Below are positions 12,706 to 23,343 of a stretch of 64,000 nucleotides of DNA, in pieces. A program made the translations under genes and the position numbers. The notes below the pieces were generated by a model that was not told the DNA's origin, did no database searches, and saw only the letters and a list, made by a program, of their open reading frames with translations. Source of the stretch: Calcarisporiella thermophila CBS 279.70 (taxonomy: Eukaryota; Fungi; Calcarisporiellomycota); contig NW_027192204.1 in assembly GCF_041956535.1 (NCBI RefSeq), positions 375,140-439,139 on the forward strand. Reading direction: 5' to 3'. How positions within the stretch are numbered: position 1 is the first letter of the stretch; every line of letters starts with the position of its first letter.

Positions 12706-14635
12706 ATGAATCCTATCAGAACTATGCTTTGGAAGGAAGGAAGCTCTTCATTTGTCATAACAGGCCTGAGCATTATCTTGGCTCTACTCGTCGTTCGCTA
12801 CGTCGTCGCCACTATCCGCGCCACCTACTTCTCCCCGCTGAGAAAAGTCCCCGGCCCACTTTTCTCTCGCGTTTCGACGTTTCGCTATTTTTATCACAGA
12901 TTCCGGGGTTCGTTCCACCAGTATGTTAACAACCTACATCGTCAGTATGGGCCGGTGGTGATTCTGAGCCCCGAAGAGGTGTCTTTCTCCCAAGTGGAGG
13001 CTGTGAAACAAATACTAGTAACGGATGATTTCCCGAAGGGAAAGGAATATGAGCGTTTTGCGGGTGAAGATGGAGGAAAAGAAATATTGACCATGACGCA
13101 TGTATTCCACACCACAGCGTCCTTGTTTTTTCCAGTGGCGGATGCTAACTTCATCTCACCTTTGCTTTACTTCTTCTCGCTTATTAGTGATAAGAACCAA
13201 CATAGAATTCTACGCCGGATGCTCTCGCCTGCCTTCTCAGTGAGCTATCTCCAGGAGTTGGAGCCATTTCTCCAGAGTTGCGTTCAAGAGTTGATGGTGT
13301 GGATCAGAGACGAGTGCGAAAGGACGGGTGGGGAGACCGTCTTCGACGTCTACACCAAGATAGGACAGCTTACCCTGGTCGGATACAAATTTAATCACTC
13401 TATCCTATGTGTGCCATTTCCTAATGGACGGATTGCTTATAGGATGTGATAGGAAACACTTCGTTTGGAGGCTCATTTCACTTGGTGACCAAAGGCTCCC
13501 ATCCACTTACCGAGAACATCAAATCCTTCCTCAAGAAAAAATTCATGGTACCTGGTGCCAGTTTTTTCAGAACGGGGGGAATGCTTTACTGACGAACCTT
13601 CACCATGTCAATAGCTAGCAATGTGCCGTTTGATCGGATTCATTATACCAGGTCTGGTAGACAAAGAATACCAATACCTACATAGCGTGAGTTCCGTTCA
13701 TCAGCCAAGAATGGAGGTCCAATTAACTTATTTATCTTTCCTCTCGCTTTTTGGTGTATTAAAGTTTTTAAGTTCCAAAATAATGGAGCGTCGCCAATCA
13801 ACCGGTAAGCATCGCTCCGATATTTTGCAGATATTGATTGACGCACAGGATAAGGAGCGCCACGGACTCAGTGACGATGAGGTGTTATCGCAGGCTCTTC
13901 TCTTCCTGTAAACACACATTTCCATCCTTTTTATTAGAGAGGTGGTAGCATCTGACATAGAAGTATTATGTTCTAGCATTGCCGGTAGTGAAACAACTGC
14001 AGGCACGTTGTTTTTCACCCTCCTTAATCTCCTTCGCCATCCTTCATCCCTTGCTAAACTTCGCGAGGAATTGGAAGAGGCGTTCCCGCCAACTGCTCGC
14101 TCGCTTTGCGTCACACGTCATAGTGTGCTCAAGCAGCTCCCATACCTTAACGCCGTTGTCAATGAGGGGCTTCGCGTTCGTTCGATCACAGGGAATGGTG
14201 TTGCACGGTTTGTGAACCAGGAGGTCGAAATTGGCGGCTACTTAATTCCTCCAGGAACAACCGTTTTCGCAAACTACCCGATGATGCATTTGGATCCAGC
14301 CATATGGGGGGATGATGCTGAAGAGTTTCGACCAGAACGGTTTCTGAGTGAATACCCGCCCAATGCGTACACGCCATTTAGTGCAGGCACACGAAACTGT
14401 ATAGGGAAAAGGTAAGTACTACATATTCTGGCCAAAAGCATGAAATTTAATAACCCTTCTATCTTATAGTTTTGCACTGATGGAGGTGCGCATTGCCCTA
14501 GCCTCCCTTCTCTTGAACTTTGAATTCGAGGAAATAGAAGGTCAATCCGACCAGCAAGTCAGTTTTGTTACCATGCGATTGAAATCGGGCCGATTCTTCG
14601 TGCGAGTACGGCCACGCAAACATTTATCCCTTTAG
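12706..14635 (+). CDS. Cytochrome P450 monooxygenase
   Basis: N-terminal TM anchor plus PGP, I-helix AGSETTA, ExxR (EGLR), PERF, heme motif FSAGTRNCIG; several short introns. Confidence 0.95.
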
Positions 14636-15824
14636 TATTCCGCTAGATTGCTGTGTAGGTGTTGTACACTATTTTCACATCACATTAAGTAATAAGAATA
14701 TTTGGATATTTGAACGAGCTAATGAGGTACTGGCTATCAGTCCGAAATGGACTCGCTCAATATGAGATCTTCACCGGGATTGGGACGAAGAAAACTTTTA
14801 TCGAAAAGAAGGCGAATCTTTTTCGACGAAATGCATACCCGAATTTTTTCTCTGTATCTAATATATTGGTTGGAAAATTGAAAAATTCCGAGTGCACAGC
14901 ATTTCAAACATTGAAAAACTTTTAAAAGCTGTTTATTAAGTTTAGAAGATAAGATATTTCCCAATTAGATGGTCGTAATAAGTGGGCAAGGAAAGCTCTA
15001 TCAGGAATGGAATAAGGTCGCTATTCGTCGTGTTTCCAATCATTGCTATTTCAGATAATGACTGAGGTACGAAGTAATGGAAAAAAAGAACAAGAATATA
15101 AAAGGATCCTCAACTAGCCACCAAACAAGTACCTGGGTGAAAGAACAGGTGAACCAACTTAGAGTACAGTGGAGGATTTAGAAAGGGAAGGGTGGGATTG
15201 GTATATTTTCTATTCCTATCGGAACCAGATATCGGAGCCCCTTTGTTTATTTAAGATATATTATTCATGTAAAGCGAACCTCTTTGAAACAAAATTATTA
15301 AAAACAAAAACAATATGTTCAATGTAAAGGATTCTCGGCCCAAATGTTTCGTACTTTCTCAGTTGTTGATCATCTCTCGGCTTCACTGATCCGGATAGAA
15401 GGGGCTCTTCCACTCTGGTAGAGCTCCATTCCTTTACATCCTCCCTTTATTCTACCCTCCGTCATTATAAACTCTCAAATTATATCAGAGGGGATCATCC
15501 ATAACTGGTCGTGAAAGATAAATGAAATTGTATTGATACTGTAAATTGGTTAAATGAGTCTTCATTTTCAAATGTTTTTCTTTTCTCCCTTGGGAAGAAT
15601 TTTTTTACATCCACTTGGTGTTTTTTATCTGAAGGGAATGGAGGGGTACACTTCTACGTTAATATCACCCAGGTACTGCCCCTAGCCACCCATTTTGTGT
15701 GGTTAGATTTCTTCTAAGGATTTTTGCTACCTATTATTGTAGCCGCTTGATATTACTTGCTTGTTGCTATGCTGTTGATAGCGGTTGAGCCTTGAGAAAA
15801 ACCCGACAAACTCTCATGGACGGG

Positions 15825-15902
15825 TGTCGCCTACGGGAATCGAACCCGCAACCTGGTGATTCGGCTCCGGGGTCCCAAAACACTACTCCAACTAAGGTCG
15901 AC
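15825..15902 (-). ncRNA. tRNA-like element A (non-canonical; Pol III ncRNA or tRNA pseudogene)
   Basis: Minus strand: GTCG(A)CCT/AGGCGAC terminal stem, T arm GCGGG-TTCGATT-CCCGT (B box), no canonical anticodon arm, T5 run about 25 nt downstream (15797-15801). Confidence 0.5.
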
Positions 15903-16168
15903 ATTCATTTTCAATTATTTTTTGATCAATCAATGGAAACTTTTATTTCCATATATTACATGAAGTTAATGTCAATGGACTTAACATAACGAGATATAGG
16001 TCCTTGATCGATAGACTTTCAATCGATATGCGTGTATCGTAGTTGTCGTGAATAGCATGTACGTGAAACCGATGTAATCTTTTGTACTTATCGTAAGGGC
16101 GATCTTTTCAATAATCAAGACTCAGCTTCTGATCAAGTGGATAGCAGTCACAAACCAAGAGTAAGTGC

Positions 16169-16246
16169 TGGTGGGGGAGGTGGGATTCGAACCCATGCCG
16201 TTCTCATCGGCATCCCAGGGATAGTCCACTACACTAACCCTCCCCC
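16169..16246 (-). ncRNA. tRNA-like element B (8/4-type fold, encoded CCA)
   Basis: Minus strand: GGGGGAGG/CCTCCCCC-A-CCA, D-like TAGT-GTAGTGG-ACTA (A box), mini hairpin TCC-CTG-GGA, hairpin TGCCG-ATGAGAA-CGGCA, T arm TGGG-TTCGAAT-CCCA. Confidence 0.6.
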
Positions 16247-16332
16247 CGACATTCATTTTCAAATGGAGTAGATCTAAGCCACATTATTCCATATATGGAG
16301 GTATATTTATCATCCGAAAATCGGATGTAATC

Positions 16333-16405
16333 GGTCGTATGGCCAAATGGATAAGGCGCCTGACTACGAATCAGGAGATTCCAGGTTCGACCCCTGGTAC
16401 GATCG
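16333..16405 (+). tRNA. tRNA-Arg(ACG), identical second copy
   Basis: Identical to 11952-12024; followed by a T7 terminator. Confidence 0.95.
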
Positions 16406-16841
16406 TTTCCTTTTTTTCTACCACCATTTTCATTTGCATTTTTGTTATTGTTTTATTTTGATACAACACACTTGAAAGATACCTCTGATGTGGACTAGAA
16501 ACATAGTAAGAATGGGAAACCTTTGTCACGCCAAATGTCGGGTGAGTGTAGCCAAACTTTAATTTTGCGTTTCCATCTCAAAGTTTATGTGAGTTCATCG
16601 AGAACACTTATTGAACCTGATATTCAGCGGGGGACATGGAGCCCCTACTCTTTTAGACAAAGATGGTTTTCATTTATTATTGATCGCATTGTAAAACAAC
16701 TGAATGTAACGAGAATGCTAAAAATAAAATGGATCCCCAGGCAAGGGTATAGACATTGGTATAGATATTGTTTTCGCCCAAAGCATAAATATAATATAGG
16801 GCAACGAATTCAGCTTGGGACAGACATGTAACGAGGAGGCT

Positions 16842-17027
16842 TCAGTGAAGGGGCGTGGCACAGACGAAATGGCAGAATTGGTAGTGAGCGTGGAGTTGAG
16901 TTTGAGTGGGATAGGTTTGGCCACACTAGAATACCAAAGAGAGTAAGCACGGGGACGTGAGAAGGAGGAAAACGCAGTGGCCACTTATATTGAATACCTT
17001 GCGACAATAAAAAGCTTTGACACCCAT
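16842..17027 (-). CDS. 37-aa single C2H2 zinc-finger microprotein
   Basis: Exon 17027-16998 (MGVKAFYCRK), intron 16997-16926 (GTATTC..TTCTAG), exon 16925-16842 (CGQTYPTQTQLHAHYQFCHFVCATPLH*). TATAAA lies about 155 nt upstream with no intervening ATG. Confidence 0.75.
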
Positions 17028-20000
17028 TTTCGCGTTGTCTGATGTTAGGAGAGTGTGGATTAAATTACTGTCAATTATGAGTGCGCTTCTGAAGGAATAT
17101 TTGATATGAGCAAGCAGCCGATTGACTAGAGGAACAAACAGGAGGAGAATGAAGGAGAACTCTGGGAGGGGTGCGCCGAATTTATATGAAATAAAAGAAC
17201 CCTCACGATGAAGCTTAACGTAGGCAATGGAAGTGCCAGTCCTTTGTTGCAATAATTAGGTAGCGAAGTTCTGTACATTCTTTGTTATTTTCGTGAATTT
17301 GGCCATACAGAACTCTATTTAGGACAACGCTCGACCACCTCCACTTACCCGCCAGCTTACCTTTGTAAACGGAGAGTTTAAGCTAGTGTTAAATGCAATC
17401 AAGGAGAATGAAAGCCATTCTTAAGAGGGTCCGCAACGGGACTGTGAACGATGAGCAAGTGAGCGGCGAGATGCTCAACCCATAAAATAAATTCAGCCTA
17501 ATCTAAACCTAAGAACACTTCACCGTGGTTTCCGGCCGGTGAAAGACCGGAGTAGGCTCAGTATAGGACCCACAATAGCGGTTCTCAAAAAGATAATGAG
17601 CCTTAGCGCGTTTCAATTTTGCAGGCCGTGCCACGGCTTTCTCCTACGCTGCTCGTGGTCAGGGGAGGAGCTCAGCGACACCTGGGTCTGATAATTCCAA
17701 AAGAAATCCCTGATAGGGCAGGTCGAGCAAGCTAGGGCAGAGACCTTAATTCCAACGCTCTCATTCCCCTCCCCTACTTTTCGCTCCTCTATCTAAATTG
17801 GCTGAGTAATTGAGAATAGCTCCAGGTCCTTACAGTGGATCCCGGCCATTTCTAAAAGTGGAATTTAAACTTGCCATTTGGCGAGTTTTCGGGCTCAGCA
17901 GAACCGGGTTGATCGGCCATCTCTCGGATGCGGCCTAATCCGTATTGTAGTTTGTTCGTGGAAGCTCGAAAATTTTGATGGGCAACGGAGAACTGCCAGA
18001 GGAGGTTTTTCGTACTCTCTGTTTCGGCGCCTGGGGGCTAAAGCCGAGGTTTCTCCCGCGCTTCCATTTGCGAGCGTTTGAGAAGATTGAATTTGTTCTT
18101 GCTGCGGTGTCATTTTGTTCAAGCTTGCTAATATGAATCTTTAATCAAAGGGAGCCGGGTGCAACTGAAACTCGCTAATTACATTAGGTGAGATAATATA
18201 TTATTAACACCGATCTCGACGGATTTTCCCAGAGAAGCGTCCACAACTCAAACGTGGAACGATAGGGTTTAATTTTTCGTTATCTCATCGATGCAACCAA
18301 GTCCACTTTGGATGAATGGAAGCCGCAACCCGAGGATCCAGCAGCGTACCAGCCGCTGATAGGCAAGCGGGCATCCATGCCCCTTGTAGTGGTTGTTACG
18401 CAGGGACTGGGGAGGGAGCGTGGAGATTGAATAGTCGAGGTTATTGCAAAGATTGCGTGAGAGTGGGATTAGGGGGAAGCACAGATAAGGAAAACCCGAT
18501 TTTTGCCGCCAAGAAGGAGCGCAACAAGGTTCCGCTAGGGATGGTCGCAAACGGAATGGGAGGGGGGTCAATTTGCAGAGTAAGCTTTTAGAGTTTGACA
18601 GTTGACTCTGACACAGAGCAATCGGCCTTCCCCACGTTACAGGGAGAACAAGCGCTCTTCTAAAACCTAGTCTCGCTCATACTGTGTGCTGCGAGCGCTC
18701 CAATTAACCGGCCCATCGGTGAGGTGACCCGACGGATCTTCACCAAGCAAGGCCCTCGACACCGCGGCTTTATTTTTTGGGGGAGTGGGGAGGGCGGAGG
18801 GGAGGCGGGGCAACACAGAGGCCCTCAAAAGCATCCAAGCAAGAACGCTCGAGGGCCGGCGATACGTCATTGGGCCGGAGGGGCCCAATGCTCAGAGTAT
18901 GGTTTAATATAACAAATTGGACAAAGTTTTGGTGCTCAATTTCCGCGCTAAGTTTGGCGAAACAGCAGAGCTGAGATTAGGGAGCTTGCCTCTCATTAAA
19001 CACAGACCACGGCAGGGGAGGAGATGATTGCCTGCGAGCAGCGCAAGGGATCAAACAAACACCGCAAAATAGCCGATTAGCCTGGTTGGAAGCATTGTGA
19101 GTGTGGAGACGCGAGAGCGAGGGCCCCTCGTTGAGGAGGCGGGCGGCGAGGGGAGGGGCGCGTGGCCCGAGCAGGGAGTTGCCAAGTTCTGCCTGGCGGA
19201 GATGCCGCGCCTCGGGGAAAGAGGGGGGAAGGGTGGTGCAGGACAGGCGCCAGCGGGAATCCCAGGAAACAAGAGTGTGAGAACGTCTTTATTTGATAAC
19301 CATGTCACAAGGTGTGGGCGGAGTGTTGGGCAGACAGCTCAACACTTTCTATTTTCTGTTCTGAAGCACCCATTTCCTGGGTTCACAGTCCGCATTTAAT
19401 TTCAGAGCGAGTACATGAACAATTTTGTTTTATTAATGATTGTCTAAGCAAAACCTTCTTTTAGCTCCGTGCTCAATGGCTGGCCGGCCAAAGGAAAGTG
19501 GTGGGCGTCTGGTTACACCCATACAGCACCAACGAGCGGCCAGACAGGGAGTCGCGAGTGTGTTTGGGCAAAGCCAAGGCACCAGTGTTTGGATGGGATG
19601 CCCCTAGTCTCGGTTTTGACTTTGGACAGATTATCTTGCCAATCTGGTCGGGCTGGCTGGGGGGGCAGCGTGGTGGGGCGGGAGGACGAAGGAGCACGAA
19701 GAGCGGGGGGCAGACGGGGCGGCGGGCGCGCCAGGGCGGGCGCGCGATGGCCAGTGGCGCGCAAGGCTGAGGCGGACAGGGGGCCAGCAGGCTGCACCTC
19801 TGCCGGCGGTTTCTGTTTCTAAACCGGTTGCGAAAAGAGGGGAGAGAGGGGAGGAGATGCTAGAGAGCGGCTGCCAGGCATGTGACCTTTCCTTAGCAAT
19901 TTCTTAGCCGCCTTTTTGTTATGTTTCGGCTCTCCCCTTATTCGTCTTACTGGCAATTTTTTTTTCTCAGTTGTGAAATTCTGTCAGAGAAACTTGTTTG

Positions 20001-20227
20001 TGTTCGAGACCGTTTTTCTTCTCATGTCTTATTCGTCGAAACTTGTGACTGGTTTGCGCACACTAGCCATTATCTTTAATACCCCCCGCTCGCACAACAC
20101 CTTATCTTTTTTCCCCCAATTTTTTCCCCCCCCCCCTCTCCACCCCTCTTCCCGCTATAAAGAAGACCATTCCGCGCTCTTTGCAAAATTTCCTTGTCAA
20201 TCCTCTCAAGCTCACAAGCACTGGACT

Positions 20228-22214
20228 ATGCCTCTATCCGGCGAGAGCAATAGTAGAAGACTCGGGGGCGCCAAGTCTGCGCCGCAGTTTGTACGAAAGC
20301 TTCTTCGGTAGGTGTTAGTTTGCTTGTTTTTGACGTGCTTGAGTAAGCTCATTCCACAACCTGAAGCTAATTTAAGCTGTTCATACCTCTCTCTTACCCT
20401 CCTCCCCCACCTTCCCCTTCGCCGAAAGGCTGCTCGAGGACCGAAACTTTGAACACATTGTCAGCTGGGGTCCCAATGGAGACACATTCATTGTCAAGGA
20501 CACCACGGAATTTCAGAATAAAATCTTGCCGCAGTTTTTCAAGCATAGCAATTTCGCCAGTTTCGTGCGCCAGCTGAATAAATACGATTTTCGCAAAATT
20601 AAAAATCCTGAAGACCGGCGAAGTTCGGCCGGATTTGGAGTGTGGGAGTTCAAACATCCAAATTTCACGTATGAAAAGCGGGATAGACTAGATATGATCA
20701 AGGTAGGGCACCCCCCATCTCCGAGTGCCGTGGCTCTTCCCGCCCCCATTTAACCCCCCTCCTAATCTCCCGACTTGTAGCGCAAATGCTCGGGCATCAA
20801 GAAACCCATACCCCCCGAGCTCCAGAGCCCGGACGATGACACCTCATCCAACCTCCACAAGGAGGTCGACGAACTCCGCTGCACCAACGAGGAGATCCTC
20901 AAGTATCTTCGCGAGCTCTCCCGCAACTACCAGCTGCTCCTCGACCGATTCGAAACCATCGACCGCAGATGCTCGCATCAAGACAAGCTAATTCAGCAAT
21001 TGATGCGCGCGCAGGAGCCTTTGCTCTCCGCGCGGAGACATTTTGACCCCGAACCGTCTCCTAGCGGCCCGAGAGAATTCCAAGTGCAGCCCCAGCTGGG
21101 GAAGATGTCAGATGCGCAGCCCACCGATGATCGCCTGGAACGGGCAATGAGAAGCCCCTTCCTCCGTCAACAGCGGAATCAGCTGATGCCACAGGGCCAG
21201 AAATGCGAAGCGTCTTTGCCTGCGCAGCACAGTGAAGCCATGGAAAAGAAATCTTGCGCCACTCTAGGAGAGAATGGTGATGCGGGGGCCGGTCATGCTG
21301 AATACCCAGGGGGATTCGAGGCGATTCTTTCAAGCGCCGCCCCTCTTCCCGCATCGCTGACATGCTTCTTCGACGAGTCGCCTCATCCCTCCTCGCCCTC
21401 GTGGTCCGTGGTGTCACCCGATCACCGCAAGTTTTCTGAAGATAACAAACATCCTCCCTCCTCTTCCTCCTCCTCCTCTTCTTCCTCCTCCTCTTCCTCG
21501 TCCTCCTCCTCAATCCCTCCCACCACCATCACATCGCTGGCGATGGACCGCAAGCGCTTCTCCGATCCTCTCCCCTCTCCTAAACCCTCTAAGCGCCTCA
21601 AAGAGGAAGATTCGCTCGCTAGTAGCCCGGCTGACGCGGATATCTGGATTGTCCCTCCCCGCGTCCTTGTGGTCGAAGACGATACCATCGCTCAGTCCAT
21701 CTGCTCTAAGATTCTTGCCGCTTGCGGCTGCAATAGCGAAATCGTCAGCAATGGCTTCGAGGCCGTCAGCCGCGTCAAACTTACCAAATATGATATAATA
21801 TTTATGAATGTTTCGCTCTCCACCCTCGACGGGGTCAGTGCGACCAGCCGGATACGACAATTTGATACTCTCACCCCCATTATCGCCATGACTTCCAACG
21901 TGAGCGATAACGACATCATCACCTATGTGGCCAACGGGATCACGGATATTTTGCCGAAACCGGTGGGGCATGAGGCGATAGACGGAATCCTGGAACGCCA
22001 TTGCTATCTCCTGCGCAAATCCGCCTCGTCTCCCGTGGCTCCCGTGGCGACCACTAAGATGCTCCCTCCTCCCATGGCTAGAAAATCCCCTGCGCCGCCC
22101 CTCTTTGTCGACCTCTCTTTCCAAAACTTTGGGGGGAGTGAATACTCGCGCGAGAAAGAGGTCGCCATGCAAATTCAGCGAACCAGCTCCGGAATGATCA
22201 GCCTGTTGCCATAA
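20228..22214 (+). CDS. SKN7: Skn7/Prr1/SrrA-type transcription factor (HSF DNA-binding domain, coiled coil, receiver domain)
   Basis: [39 protein letters not shown]; receiver [27 protein letters not shown]; two introns. Confidence 0.88.
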
Positions 22215-22477
22215 TGCCCGTCGCCATGCTCTAGTGGGGAGTGCATGATTTTCCATGTTGGTCCGAGACGGTGTCGCAGCACATGGCTTAGCTGGAAGAG
22301 GGATGAACAAATTCTTGAGGCAGTGGTTGTTGTTGTTTATTTTAAAAAGCTGTCGTCATGATTGGCGTGTTGTTTTAGTAGCTGTGGAAGCAGTCGTAGT
22401 ATTAGTAGTTGTAGTTGTAGGACTTGGGCTGTATTTTGCATTGGTCGCGGTTGCCCGTTGCTAATCTGTTTCGCCAT

Positions 22478-22500
22478 CACCACCACCACCACCACCACCA
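22478..22500. repeat. (CAC)n microsatellite
   Basis: About 7-8 perfect CAC units downstream of the SKN7-like stop. Confidence 0.8.
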
Positions 22501-23343
22501 TTGTTTCCTTATTATGCCCTCGACTACCCCTCCTCCTCCCCCCTACTACCTTTTTTATATTATTTATATATATTAATTGTGTATTATTCAATTTGTGTTC
22601 TCTTCTGTGAGTTTCTTTTTTCCCCCTCCCACCCCCTAAAGCTGTATATATCAAAATACTATTTATTTAAAGTGCCCTCTTCTTTTTTTCCGTTCTATTA
22701 TCCCATTTTTTATTGTCCCCTCCTCCGTTAACAATGAATTGTACAAAAATGATTAACTGAGCCTGGATGGATCTTGGATACGATCGAATAAGTGGTACTC
22801 GTGTGCTCCTTAAACAACATAATCCACCGAGCTACGTATTTCCACTAGATCACTTTGTCAAACCACCTCAAACTCCCGCGTTATCTTAGTAAATCACAAG
22901 GTAAACCGGCTCCTCGTTTAGCTTTGGTTTAGGTTAGCTCCCCTTACGAGGATCAAGACACTCAAAGCCCTTCAGCCACAATTTTCCTGTGCTATTGAAT
23001 CTTGGTGGAAAAAAGAGGGTCTTGGAAAAAATAGAAAATAAGAGCCATTTTCTCTCTTTGATTGCTTCTCATTCTACAGCCCTGATACGATTCTCTCCTT
23101 CCGCATCCTCCCCCTCCTTATCCCCCTATCTCCATTTGAGAGAATCGCTTATTCGATATACCCTATCTTGTCATCCAACGACATTCACTCATAAACGTTA
23201 CTTTCAATCCAATTCTCTGACGCGTCGCGAAACTCAGTTGGCTTTTAATTTTTAACAAAAAGGATACATATTCATTTTCGCGTGAATAGAGGAGCATCGG
23301 AACGCGATACTAGCCCATCCGCTCATTTTTCATTGTCACGCTC

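Noticed and set aside
14700-15780. AT-rich stretch after the P450 with short ORFs
   Set aside because: No motif, repeat or splice-consistent frame could be identified.
16169-16246. Element B as tRNA-Sec or tmRNA
   Set aside because: No UCA anticodon, 8/4 rather than 9/4 fold, short D stem; far too short for tmRNA, with no tag ORF and no G3-U70 pair.
17878-19822. Many overlapping 60-117 aa ORFs and several GCCARG (PacC-like) hexamers
   Set aside because: Expected by chance in GC-rich DNA; no recognisable domains or coherent splice pattern, and motif enrichment was not demonstrated.
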